Positions 21,225-31,691 of a stretch of DNA of 64,000 nt are shown in pieces. Every line of letters begins with the position of its first letter. Position 1 is the first letter of the stretch. Made by a program: the position numbers and the translations under genes. The notes under the pieces are model-generated. The model saw only the letters and a program-made list of their open reading frames with translations, was not told the origin of the DNA and did no database searches. This DNA comes from Alphaproteobacteria bacterium (GTDB lineage: Bacteria > Pseudomonadota > Alphaproteobacteria > MPNO01 > UBA830): positions 320,001 to 384,000 of the forward strand of contig OZ251539.1 in NCBI GenBank assembly GCA_965243135.1, written 5' to 3'.

Positions 21225-24103
21225 CTACCCGTCGCGGCGCTTTCCGCCGTGCACTGTGGGTTCGTCGCACCATTGAAGGCGAAGGTTCGCGAACGCTTCC
21301 AGCATGTCTTCGGGCAATTCGAGAAGTTCGACGAGGACGGCTCGATCCAGATCCTGGCGGGCAGCGTCGCGACAGGCCTCGTTCGCCGGCATCAGGGGAA
21401 CGTCCCGGAACCTTTCGAAGATGCTCGCCGCCCGTTGAAGCTTGACTTCCGACAGCGCCCCCGGATCGAGAACCGTCAGATTCGGCAAGCCGGAGATCGT
21501 CAATACCGTCCGCCCTTGCTGCTGGCGCGATCCCGCCCACCAGAAGGCCATCAACCCGAGCGTGCAGTTGGACCAGAGCGCCACGGCCTCGTCCCACCGC
21601 TCGTCGTGCAGCCGGAAGTTCGGCCAGGCCCGGCCGCCGAGCGCGCGCTCCCGCGTCAGGCAAGCCGCGAGGCTCTGCGAGTTGAGCCGGAAATCGCGAT
21701 TGAAGTGGAGCCGCGTCGCGGTTCGCCAGGCGGCGTCGGCCCGGTCTTCGCAACCCGGACGCGCCTCGCCCTCGCTGTCCGGCTCCACCAGCATGCGCCG
21801 CTCCCGGTCGGCATCGTGGCTCCAGAGAACCGGATAGCTGGGCGCGCCCTGAACCGGAACGATCTTGAACGGCCCGCGGAACGGCGGCTCTCCGTCGTTC
21901 TTGTTGCCGATATCGCGATCCAGCAGGCCGCGTTCGCCCAGTTGGCCGAGATGAACGACCGGCACGGCGTGGCGCCGCTCGTACCGGGGTATCCGTAGCT
22001 CTCCCCGCCGCAACGCCATCATCGCGTCGGCGAGCGCCGACTCGCGCAGGGCGGCGCATCCCCCCTCGCTCAACGGCACCCGGATATAGCTTCCCAGCAA
22101 CTGGCCGCCGGCGCGGATCCGGCCCGTCGCGGACGTCTTCGGCAGTCGCGCGACCAGCTTGGCGATTTCCGCCGCCTCGAGCAGCGCGGCCGGGCGGCGA
22201 TGAAGGTTCACGAACAACGCTGGCCCGGCCGAGCCGTTCCGGTCGCGCCGTTTCGTCGCCACCACGAGCGCTTCCGCCATGCCGGTGTCGGACGAGAACG
22301 CGCGATCGAAGTTTCCGGAGGCGGCGATGGTGACGACCGCGACATCCGCATACCGGTCGACAAGCAAGTCCCGGGCCGCTTGCCAGGACCTGCCCTGGAT
22401 GGCGGCGATGGGCAGGACCAGCGCCGCCACTCCGCCCGGTTTCGCCTTCGCGTGCGCGAGATCGATGAAGTTCGACGCGAGGCCGGCGTTGCCGTGGCCG
22501 GCGGGATTCTCCAGATCCCGGCGGATGTCCGCGAGGCGGGCGGACATCGCCCGCTGCTCGTCCTCGCCGGTTCGGAAGCCGGCGAAGGACGGGACGGGAA
22601 CCTCGGCGGTTTCGTGGTTGGTCGGACGGGTGAAGGGCGGATTCATGATCACGAGATCGACCGACTCGTGAGGCAACTCGATGTCCTGCGTCTCGACGTC
22701 GCCCTGCGCGCCTGCCGCTGTCCGGCGGCGAACAGGAACCGGGTCTGCGCGGCGGCGATCAGATCGAGCGAACCGATGGCGACGCCGCGGTCGCGTTCCT
22801 CGCCGGAGCCGATCCCGTAGGGCATCGTGTAAACGCGGGTGTTGTCGAAGACCGCGGCCGGGTGGACGCTCGACAGCTGCGAGGCGCAGAGGTGCGCGGC
22901 GGCGGGCATGATGTCCGCCGCGACGACGGAGCGCTCGATCATCCGCCGATGGATCGCGCCGTCGTCGCCGCCGGCGCGGCGATACCGGCCGAGCACGGCG
23001 TGATAGGCGGCGGACAGAAGCGTGCCCGTGCCGCAGGAGAGGTCGGCGACGGCGAGGTTCGGATAGGCGGCGAGATCGCTCCAGTCGGCGTCCATGCGGG
23101 CGACGGCGAGTTCCGCGAGCAGGGCGGCGCTGGTCGGAAGGGTGTAGAAGGTCGCCAGGAATTTCCGGTCGACGATCAGGTTCTGGAAGATCCTGCCCGA
23201 CAGGTCGTGGCGCGTCGTCACGCCGATATCGGCGAGCCGGTCCGCCGCGTCGGCGAGGGCGCCGAGAACGCGCTCCGCCGTCGCGGCGCGAATCGGAGCG
23301 ATGAGGTCGGAAGCCACCCTGAAGATCGGCCAGTAGTTGACTTCGAGAAGAATGCGCCGCCATGTCTCCAAAAGCGCCGTCTGGAGCGAACCGCGCGAAT
23401 CGGCCTGGAGTCGGGCGACGGACGGGATGTCGTGAACGCCGGCGATGGCCGCGTGAAAGGTCAATGCGTTGGCGATGATGGTCATCGCCATGCGGTTGGT
23501 CTGTTCGCCGGGATGCTGATTGAGGACCTGGCCGAAATCCCGCTCGATGTCCGTGAAGCCAAGTTCGACGGCGTCCTGGACTGCCCGGGTTGCGACGAGC
23601 ACGCCGCGTTCGAGTATCGACATGCTCTCGTCGACGCGGCGTTGCGACACCATCGCGTGTTCGATGCACCGGGCGACATGGTCGATGCCGCCGGCGAGCC
23701 AGCCCGTCTCGGGCCAGCGTTCGGGCGACGCCGGATCGCCGGAGAACACGCAATAGTCGAAGTCGGCGGCGGCGATGCGCTCGGCGAGGTTGGCTTGACC
23801 TTGCCGCAGGGCGTTCGGGATGCGGACGGCGACGGCCTGTTCGATGGGATCGGCGGACGCCAGCGGCGTTTTGCCGAGCCGGGCTTGGGCGTCGCTCTCG
23901 ACGGTGGCGGCCGGCGCGTACTCCGTTTCCACCGCCACCGGTTGCGCGTCGGGCGACTGGACGAGAATATCGGGTCGCAAGCGGGGGGCATCGGGAAAGA
24001 CGCCCGTCTGTTCGACGCCCAGATGGTCCCTCCACTGCGGGTGCTTGCCGCGCAGGACTTCGGCAAAATAACCGTTGAAGGCGGGCTCGCCGGTGCGTGG
24101 CAT
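21225..24103 (-). CDS. Type IIG-like restriction-modification fusion (PD-(D/E)XK + N6-adenine MTase + TRD), frameshift near 22705
   Basis: N-terminal RPDILV...VAVETE; FYTLP, ADLSCGTGTLL (motif I) and DLVIMNPPF (motif IV); long C-terminal specificity region ending VHGGK. Confidence 0.8.
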
Positions 24104-25312
24104 GCCGGTTTTCTGACGAACGGCGGCGCGGCCGCGTTAGAGCGCGGCCCCCGATTGCCCCCGCGCACTTTGGCCGCTCTCGATCGGTTCCTTCGAAAGC
24201 GCATGCGCCTTCCGGGCATTCGCCCGGAATTCCGGGCTTCGTACGCACGGAACGCGGCGGCCAATTCCGCGCCCTGTCGCTTGCGCAGTCGAATCGCGGC
24301 CAAGCCGGGAGGTTTCGGCGACGCAGGCGACGGGCAGTCCCGTCTCCCGCTCGCGCCGCAAGGCGCCGGAACGCTCGGCGACGCGGCGGGCGCGTATGCG
24401 CGACATCTCTTCGCTCCCCGTCGTTCGGCTCGCTGGCAGTGGTTGTCCGGCCCTGCGTCCCAAGCGTCACCGTCCCGCCGGACGAAGTATATCCGCCAAC
24501 TGCGCGAAACGCGAATTCCGTACTGTCCGGCGCGGTCGCCGACCGGCGCTTCGAAGCGGTTGCCCAAGCGGCGCGCGAAAGCCTCGATGCGCTCCGAGGG
24601 GCTCGACGCCTTCGCGCGCGCTTCGCTTTCGTTCGAACGTCCGACCTCGTTCCGGGCCTGGAACGGCGCCGTAGAACTCAGGCCGAACGCCCTTGTCGCG
24701 AGGCCGGACGCCTGCCGTTTCCTGGACCTGTCCGGGGAGCCTGTCCGAGTTCACGGCGATATTCCGCATGCAGTGGATTTATTCGTTCTCTCGCGCGATT
24801 TCCGTATGACTGGACCGGATTTCAGGCGAAAGCGGGGATCCCCGGCTTCAAGTCGAGGGCTTCAGGAAGGACGCGCTGGTCGTCGGTCATTTGCGATAGC
24901 GTCCCGGCGAGGTTCGCGACGCCGGGAATCGGTCGAGTCGATCGACCGGTTCGACCGCTGAATTCGTCAGGCCGCGGAAGTGAATTTTACGCTCGGAAGA
25001 CTGCGCGGCGGCAAGGCGAGAACGCGGCGGAAGCACCGCAACCTTCCGGTCGATTCGTCGGCGGCCGCAGGGAGACGTGGCGGGCGTTCCGTGGAGCGCG
25101 CTCTCGACGCGATGTCGCTCCCGGTAGCCGGGGACAATTTCCTCGTCGCTCCAGTCTGCGCGGCGAAGAGCTTCTGGCCCGCGGTGCGCTCGACGCCGAA
25201 CGGGGGGCGTCTTGGCAGCCCGAACCTTCCGAACATGCGTTCGGCGGATTCGGGAAGAGTCGGCAGCCCCGATTCGGCGGAGAGGCGCCCGGCGCGCGCC
25301 GGGCGCCTTCCG

Positions 25313-25612
25313 TCAACCGGTAAGGTGCGCGTCCCTTTTGCGATAGAGCGCTTCGTCCGCGTAACCCATGAAGTCGGGTTTCCGGCCGGTTCCGAGCATC
25401 ACCTGCATGTAGACGGGCGCCACGCTGTCGTTGCGGTAGCCGTGGATGACGCCGGCCGGACAGGAAACGCAGTCCCACGGACCGAGACGACGTTCGACGC
25501 GCCGTCCGTCCTCGTCGTCGAAGAACACCGTCAGATGGCCTTCCAGGATGAAGAAGACCTCCTCGGCCTCGTGGGTGTGCGGCGCGTTTCCTTCGCCCGG
25601 CGGCACGTACAT
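25313..25612 (-). pseudogene. Cupin-domain protein, probably 5'-truncated
   Basis: PPGEGNAPHTHEAEEVFFILEG and CPAGVIHGYRN cupin motifs; no convincing N-terminus or RBS upstream. Confidence 0.65.
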
Positions 25613-25737
25613 TACAATGTGATGCGAGCAGTCGTGCAAGCCGGCAACTGTCCCCCCAGCCAGCGTTCACGCCATGATCAATAGGAGGGGGCAGAGAAGG
25701 GACCGTAGCCCGGAAAAGGCCGTTCGTCAACAGACAC

Positions 25738-25893
25738 GAAGAAAAAGGGGCCGGTGATCCCCGACCCCTGATTCGTCTTCGCGAAAACCCGCGCCCCACT
25801 GCTGGGACTGCGAACCTCGCAAAACATCGAGTTTCCTCGACAGCATCGCCAAAAGCTGTCGGAGAGATTACAGGGATGGTTTGCGCCCGTCAA
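25738..25893 (-). ncRNA. repC counter-transcribed RNA with promoter and terminator
   Basis: Minus-strand TTGACG-N17-TAATCT (25893-25865) just upstream of repC; hairpin AGGGGCCGG...CCGACCCCT followed by a U-run (25741-25769). This is the canonical repABC ctRNA layout. Confidence 0.7.
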
Positions 25894-25965
25894 CCGGAAT
25901 TTTCGGCGGGCCGGAATTTTTTCGCGAAGGGCCGCAAGCCTTTCACCGGGTCGGCTATTGCGACC

Positions 25966-27333
25966 ATGGATCTCCAGATTTCGGGCAGCGGCGCCTGCCC
26001 GGCGGGCGGAAGGCCCCGCCGCGAAATTCACTATCGGGCCGAATCGGCAGCTGCCGCGTTCACCGGCCTGCCGGAAGGCGACGACCGATTCGCCGTCGTC
26101 CGGGCGCTCAGGGAAGTCGGGCGCGAAGCCGGCTGGACCGGCCGGCTGATCGAGCATCTCGAGCTGCTGATCGGCTTCACGCGGCCGCAGGACTGGTTCT
26201 GCGGACACCGTCCGATCGTCTATCTCCAGGTCCAGTCGGCGGCGGAACGGCTGGGCCTCTCCGCCTCACAGATACAGCGCAACGAAAGGCGGCTGATGCA
26301 GTTGGGCGCGGTCTCGTTCCGCGACTCCGGCAACTTCCGGCGCTACGGCAAGCGCGACGGCGACGGCCGGCTCGTGGAAGCGTGGGGGATCGACCTGTCG
26401 CCCTGCGCCGCCCTTCTTCCGCGACTCAAGCAGCTGGCGAAGGAGGTCGCCGCCGAACGGGAGGAATTCCTGCGGCTCAAGCGCCGGATTTCCGCCGCGC
26501 GGCGGCGCATCGGGGCGGCCGTCGATTGCGCCGTCGCCGATTCGAAGCTGACGGAGGAGGCGGCGGCCGCGGTTCGCGTCGAACTGGACCGGCTGACGCC
26601 GCGAATCCGGGCGCGGACGCCGCTCGAGGCGTTGCGGCAGCAAGAGGACGGTCTGGACCGTCTCGACGCGCAACTGGCGGTTGCGATCGGAGCGGAAGAG
26701 CCGGCCGCGCCGGCACCCGGCGCGCCGCCGCCGCCGGTCGAACGGCCCGAGGATTTGCTCTCGGGAACCGCGGAAATGCGGGCCGCGGCCGCCGCAAATG
26801 CGGCCCAGGGACCGCATCGATGCGGCACGCAAGAATATTACAATACAAACCAAGAATGTACGAATAAAAATATTACCGTAGCCGGGGGCCGCCCGGAAAG
26901 AGGAGCGAACCGCGCCGCCGCCGCGCCCGGAGAGCGCGCGGCTGCGGGAGCTTCCGGCGGCGCGCGGACCGTCTCTTTTACGCTGCTTCTCGACCTGCTC
27001 TCCGAAGAATTCTTCGGGTATCTGCCGCCCGGCCGTCGGGTGGGCTGGAGCGAGCTGATCTCCGCCGCGGGCCTCGTCGCCACCGATCTCGGGATTTCGC
27101 TCCACGCATGGCGCGAAGCCTGTTACCGCCTGGGGAGGCAGACCGCCGCGACCGCCGTCGTCGTCATCGCCGCCAAGAAGGCGCGGGGCCTGATCGGTTC
27201 GCCGGGGGGCTACCTGCGCGGGATCACGCGGCGCGGCCTCGAGGGCGAACTCTATCTCGAACGGAGCGTTTTCGGCCTGGCCAAGGGAGAGGACGGCTAT
27301 CTCGTCCAGGGGCCCGAGGCCCGGTCGGCGTAG
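25966..27333 (+). CDS. repC: Plasmid replication initiator RepC
   Basis: FTRPQDW....RPIVY, GAVSFRDSGNFRRYGKRD, WGIDLSP, LGIS..AW.EAC..LG and IGSPGGYLR. Confidence 0.9.
   Translation: MDLQISGSGACPAGGRPRREIHYRAESAAAAFTGLPEGDDRFAVVRALREVGREAGWTGRLIEHLELLIGFTRPQDWFCGHRPIVYLQVQSAAERLGLSASQIQRNERRLMQLGAVSFRDSGNFRRYGKRDGDGRLVEAWGIDLSPCAALLPRLKQLAKEVAAEREEFLRLKRRISAARRRIGAAVDCAVADSKLTEEAAAAVRVELDRLTPRIRARTPLEALRQQEDGLDRLDAQLAVAIGAEEPAAPAPGAPPPPVERPEDLLSGTAEMRAAAAANAAQGPHRCGTQEYYNTNQECTNKNITVAGGRPERGANRAAAAPGERAAAGASGGARTVSFTLLLDLLSEEFFGYLPPGRRVGWSELISAAGLVATDLGISLHAWREACYRLGRQTAATAVVVIAAKKARGLIGSPGGYLRGITRRGLEGELYLERSVFGLAKGEDGYLVQGPEARSA
26830..26880. other. AT-rich patch within repC, candidate oriV
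   Basis: AAGAATATTACAATACAAACCAAGAATGTACGAATAAAAATATT inside GC-rich coding DNA; RepC origins are known to lie inside repC. Confidence 0.6.
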
Positions 27334-27805
27334 GGAGAACGGAGGAGGAGAACATGACGGTTCATCGAAAGGGCACGGGACCCCCGGTCTCGTTCTTGTC
27401 GTCGAACGCCCCGCGCGGCGGACGGCTCCGCCCGGTCGGAAGCTCCCGGCGCGGTCCGACGACCGGGAAGCGGCGCCCGTCGCGCCGGACGCGAGACGAA
27501 GGCGCTCGCCGGGAGCGCCGCCCTCCGGACGGCGGCCTTGAACGACGCGCGGCGCCGTGCCGCGGCGAGCGGCGCCGGACTGCCGAAAGCGTCCGCGCCG
27601 CCGGTCCGGAGATCTTTGACGAGGCGAAACCGCGCTCGGCAGGCGGATTCTTTTGGAACCGTCTGGCGCGGTTTCGGCGGGCGCGGCGCGCGGCGGAAGA
27701 ACCCGAACGCAGGGCGTTACGCGCCGGGCCGTCTGTCGCCATGAACATGGCGACGTGTATGCAGGGAACGCGCGCAAACGAGCGCGCAGAAGAAGGGAGA
27801 AAGTC

Positions 27806-29332
27806 ATGAAGGTTTCAAAACGCGTCGCGATCTACGCGCGTTTCAGTTCGTCGCTCCAGAATCCGAAGTCGATCGAAGACCAGATCGCCCTGTGCGAGCG
27901 GCGAATCCGGGAAACGGGCGGCACGGTCGTGGCCACGTTCAAGGACGCCGGGATGTCCGGCGCCAGCATGCGTCTGCGGAAGGGGCTGATCGACCTGCTG
28001 ACCGCGGTGGAAGAGGGGACGATCGACGTGGTTTGGGCGGAGGCCCTCGATCGCCTGAGCCGCGATCAGGCGGACATGGTCCAGATCTACCGGCTCCTGC
28101 AATTTCACGACGTGGGACTGTGTACGCACGAGGAGGGCGAGGTTTCGGATCTCCATGTCAGCCTCAAGGGCGTGATCAACGAGACCTTCCGGACGTCGCT
28201 CTCGCAAAAGGTGCGGCGCGGCAAGCTGGGCGCCGCGACGCGCGGCCGGGTGCCGGGCCGCAACTGCTACGGCTACCGGGTTTTGCCCCGCCTTCCGGGC
28301 GAACCCGGCGGGAAACAGGAAATCGTGCCCGAACAAGCGGAGACCGTCCGTCGCATATTCCGCTTGTACGTCGGCGGAACGGCGCCAAACGAGATCGCCC
28401 GGATCCTCAACGAGGAGGGCATTCCGGGTCCGATGGGCAGGGAATGGAGCGAAAGGGGCATCTCGGGTTGGAGGAAGCGCGGGAGCGGCATCCTGCGCAA
28501 CAAGCTGTACGCCGGAATTCTGGTGTACGGCCGGACCCGCCGGTTTTCGGACCCCAGGGCGGGGCAAACCCGACCGCGTTTCGTGCCGGAATCCGAGTGG
28601 TCGGTTCGGGAAGTGCCGCATATGCGGATCGTGGACGACGAGCTCTGGCAGCAGGCGCAATTGCGGGGCTGCGCAGGTTCCGACCGGTCCCGGAGCGGCG
28701 GAAAACGCGTTCCGCATCCTCTGACGGGAGTGCTCTCCTGCGCGGTTTGCGGGGGCATCCTCAGAGTTCGGAACGGCAGAGGCTACACCTGCAAGAGGCA
28801 GGACGACAGGCGGGGTTGCGACAACAGGATGCGCATCGACGTCAGGCGGACGGAAGACCGGGCGCTTCGCGAACTGATCCGGTGGGTGGAATCGTGGCGC
28901 GAGGGTTCCGCGCTGCTCGCCTCCGGAATTCGGGAATACGAGCGAAGAAGGGACCGCCTCGAGACGAAGATCGTAGACGGGAAGGAGAAGATAGCGCTGC
29001 TGGTCGAGAGCATCGAGCGGGGAGGAAAGGAGCCGCGGGCGGTCGCGCGGCGCATCGGCGATCTGGAGCGGTCGGTCGCCGCCCTGACGATCGAATTGAA
29101 GTCCATGCGCCGTCCGGAAGAACGCTCGGCGGCGGACCTGCTTGGGACGCTGAAGTCCGCGCTCGAGGGGCTCGTCGCCGCCGCCGCTGACGACGACACC
29201 CGGCGGGACGCGTTGCTGAAGTTCCGGGACCTGGTCGAGCGAATCGACCTCTCGCCGACGTCCGAAAAGGGAGAGTTCGAGATGACGGTGCGCCCGCGCG
29301 TCGACGCGCTTGTCGCGCTGGTTCTCGAATGA
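27806..29332 (+). CDS. Large serine recombinase (integrase)
   Basis: AIYARFSS, LDRLSR, YGY, ILRNKLYAG, HMRIVDDELW, zinc ribbon LSCAVCGG...YTC...C and a coiled coil; GGAGA RBS. Confidence 0.92.
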   Translation: MKVSKRVAIYARFSSSLQNPKSIEDQIALCERRIRETGGTVVATFKDAGMSGASMRLRKGLIDLLTAVEEGTIDVVWAEALDRLSRDQADMVQIYRLLQFHDVGLCTHEEGEVSDLHVSLKGVINETFRTSLSQKVRRGKLGAATRGRVPGRNCYGYRVLPRLPGEPGGKQEIVPEQAETVRRIFRLYVGGTAPNEIARILNEEGIPGPMGREWSERGISGWRKRGSGILRNKLYAGILVYGRTRRFSDPRAGQTRPRFVPESEWSVREVPHMRIVDDELWQQAQLRGCAGSDRSRSGGKRVPHPLTGVLSCAVCGGILRVRNGRGYTCKRQDDRRGCDNRMRIDVRRTEDRALRELIRWVESWREGSALLASGIREYERRRDRLETKIVDGKEKIALLVESIERGGKEPRAVARRIGDLERSVAALTIELKSMRRPEERSAADLLGTLKSALEGLVAAAADDDTRRDALLKFRDLVERIDLSPTSEKGEFEMTVRPRVDALVALVLE

Positions 29333-29379
29333 CCGCAGGCCGCCGGAAGCCGAAAGGCTTCCGGCGGCGGCTGCCCGCT

Positions 29380-30018
29380 TCAGTCGGCCCGCGCCAATTC
29401 GTCGAGCAGCGCGTCGCTCGCGAGGCGCAGGAGTTCCAGCGCGAGTTCCGGCGGCGGCGGCCGTTCGATCCACTGGATTTCGCAAAGGAGGTAGCCGGGG
29501 CCGGCCAGCCAGGCGATGCCCTTCGAATCGTCGACCTCGTCGTCGTCGACCGCGGCGCCGTCCGGGTCGCAACCGACGATCCGGCAAACGAATTGCGGGC
29601 TGCCCATATGGACGAGGTATTCCCGCCGGTCGTCCTCCCCGTGCGCGAACAGCCACTCGTCGGGCGGTCTCCGCGTTTCCGGCTCGCCGGTTCCGTCCGC
29701 GATGCGGCAGACCAGCGCCGGCGTCGCCAGGTGAACGACATAGTTCGGCCACTTGCCGGAGGCGTCCTTCGGGCCGCGGGCGTACAGCCAGTCGTCGCGC
29801 CGGAATTCCGGCACGGGCGCGGTGCGGAGGCGGTAGAACTCTTCGAAGCGGGCCCGGTATTCGGGCGGGATCGGGCAGACGCCGCCCGCCCAGCCGCGGG
29901 CGTCGGCGAGAGGAATGGAGAAGGATTCGGCGACCGCCCCGACGGCATCGAGCGACGGGCCGCAAGCGACGACCGCGAACGCGCGGAATCGGGCAGATGT
30001 CCAGTGTCTGTCGTTCAC
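29380..30018 (-). CDS. Hypothetical protein with internally duplicated domain
   Basis: DWLYARG...YVVHLATPALVCRI repeated as EWLFAHG...YLVHMGSPQFVCRI. Confidence 0.65.
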   Translation of the reverse strand: MNDRHWTSARFRAFAVVACGPSLDAVGAVAESFSIPLADARGWAGGVCPIPPEYRARFEEFYRLRTAPVPEFRRDDWLYARGPKDASGKWPNYVVHLATPALVCRIADGTGEPETRRPPDEWLFAHGEDDRREYLVHMGSPQFVCRIVGCDPDGAAVDDDEVDDSKGIAWLAGPGYLLCEIQWIERPPPPELALELLRLASDALLDELARAD

Positions 30019-30245
30019 GGCGGGTCTGCGCTCCCATGCCGGGAGGGGCTGCTCGACTTCCGGCGGGATCCCCTCGGGCCGACCGACGGCTCCGCGCCCG
30101 TAAGCGCACGGCGCCGAATGATGGTGGGTTGCGGCGGAATGGTCAAACGGGTTTTTTTCGGACGGGGCGACTCACCGGCCGACCCGTCGATAGGGTGATT
30201 TCGCGTGTCCAAACGTTCTCGTGCACGGGCAAAGGAGCATGACGG

Positions 30246-31202
30246 ATGGACAGGGCATTCGTAGTCAGGACTGAGCATGAGGGTTTTCCTGTCGAGGGCG
30301 TACCAGCTCGCGGCGGGGCATGCGCGCATCGGGTGGTCCAGTCTGGACAGCCAGGATCTGCGCGTCGCGGAATCTGGAGCAGGGACATGGCCTCGACGAA
30401 GACCAGCAATCCGCGAGGAAGTGTCTCCGTTTCCTCACCGAAGTGGGCAAAGGCGATCTTCTCCTTTATCCGCATCAGCCGGCGAGAAACCAGTTCACGG
30501 TCGCGCGAGTGACCGGCGACTACGGTTACGACAGCGGATTGGGGGAAGACTTTCGGTCGTTTCGGCCGTGCGCGCTCGTCACTCAGAAACCAGTGTCGCT
30601 GCGCGACGAAATCGTCCCTTCCTCGCTGCGTCACCGCATGGGGCGCCCAGGCCGTTTTTCCGAGGTGAGCGGTCCGTTGCGGGACTGCCTCGATCGCCTG
30701 TCGAAATCTGGACGTGATCAAGACGGTACGAACAGTGCAGCCCTTAACCGCATCCACGGGAAATTGAGAGAATCGCTTCCCGGTTTCATTCATCAAGAGT
30801 TCAGCAGAACCGACCTTTCGCGCAAGTTTTGCGCGGAACTGTCGCATGGGGTACTTCTGCGAACTTCAGGAAGGGCCTGCCGAGGCGGGTTCGGACATCG
30901 TCCTCACCGTCGGTGACCGTTTTCTGCCTGATGACGTCAACTCCAGGGTTGGGGTGCAGATTTTTTCCTACAGGGGCCCGGTCGACGAACACGCGCTTAA
31001 AGAGAAGTTGGAACAACTTCTGCAAGGCTGGGAACGGAACGATCTCGATTTCGGAGCGCTTCTGACGACGGGCCGTTGCGACGAGGAGGCGGTGGCCATG
31101 CTTCGTCGTCACAATGAGGACGATCGCCAACGACAGGTCAGATTGATCGATGGCGACGAGCTTGCCGTTCTGCAGCATTTCCCGCCAGGGGGCGGGGCTT
31201 GA
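30246..31202 (+). pseudogene. Mrr-like restriction endonuclease, frameshifted
   Basis: ARIGWS, GDLLLYP, VTGDYGYD; C-terminal GSDIVL, VGVQ, GALLTTG and VRLIDGDEL, spread over three frames. Confidence 0.7.
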
Positions 31203-31691
31203 CGGACGGCGCAACCGCGATCTCCGGGTTCGCCGACGCGCGAAGGACGGCGGCGCCAGCCGACGGGTCGGCTCGCGCCACGACAGGTTTTTCGCATGGT
31301 TCCGGAAAGGCGGATCGCCGGTTCGGAACGCGGCACCGTTCGCCGGGCGGCACCTGCCGGACATATCCAGCGCGTCGGCGCATCGCGGCGTCCTCTTCGC
31401 CAGCTTCCATGCCGTTCGTCTCGACAATGGCCGACGTCGACAATGCCGGAGGGCCGGCCGTTCGCGCATCCCGTCGCGCACTCGTGACGGCGGACGGTTT
31501 CAGGCGGTTCGCGGCGGCAATTCCTCTCGCTGCCGCGGGTTGTTGCCCAGGCAAGCGGTCGAAAGGTAAAACGGCGAAGCGCTTTGTCTGGCCGGGCGAC
31601 GCCCGCCATTGCCGGAGGCTCCCCGGGCGTCCCCCGGTCGGCCGCCGGAGACGGGGCAGGCGGCGTTCGCGCGTTGTGGAAGCATCTGGTT

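Noticed and set aside
21225-24961. 1081-aa and 699-aa ORFs as real proteins
   Set aside because: Mostly Arg/Ala/Pro-rich shadow frames; only the C-terminal part of the 1081-aa ORF is the true RM gene after the frameshift.
24300-25300. Palindrome-rich non-coding stretch as a structured RNA
   Set aside because: Short palindromes are expected at this GC content; no recognisable RNA family or second copy was found.
30085-30112. oriT-like GCGCCCGTAAGCGC
   Set aside because: Only a weak resemblance to nic consensus sequences and no relaxase in the window.
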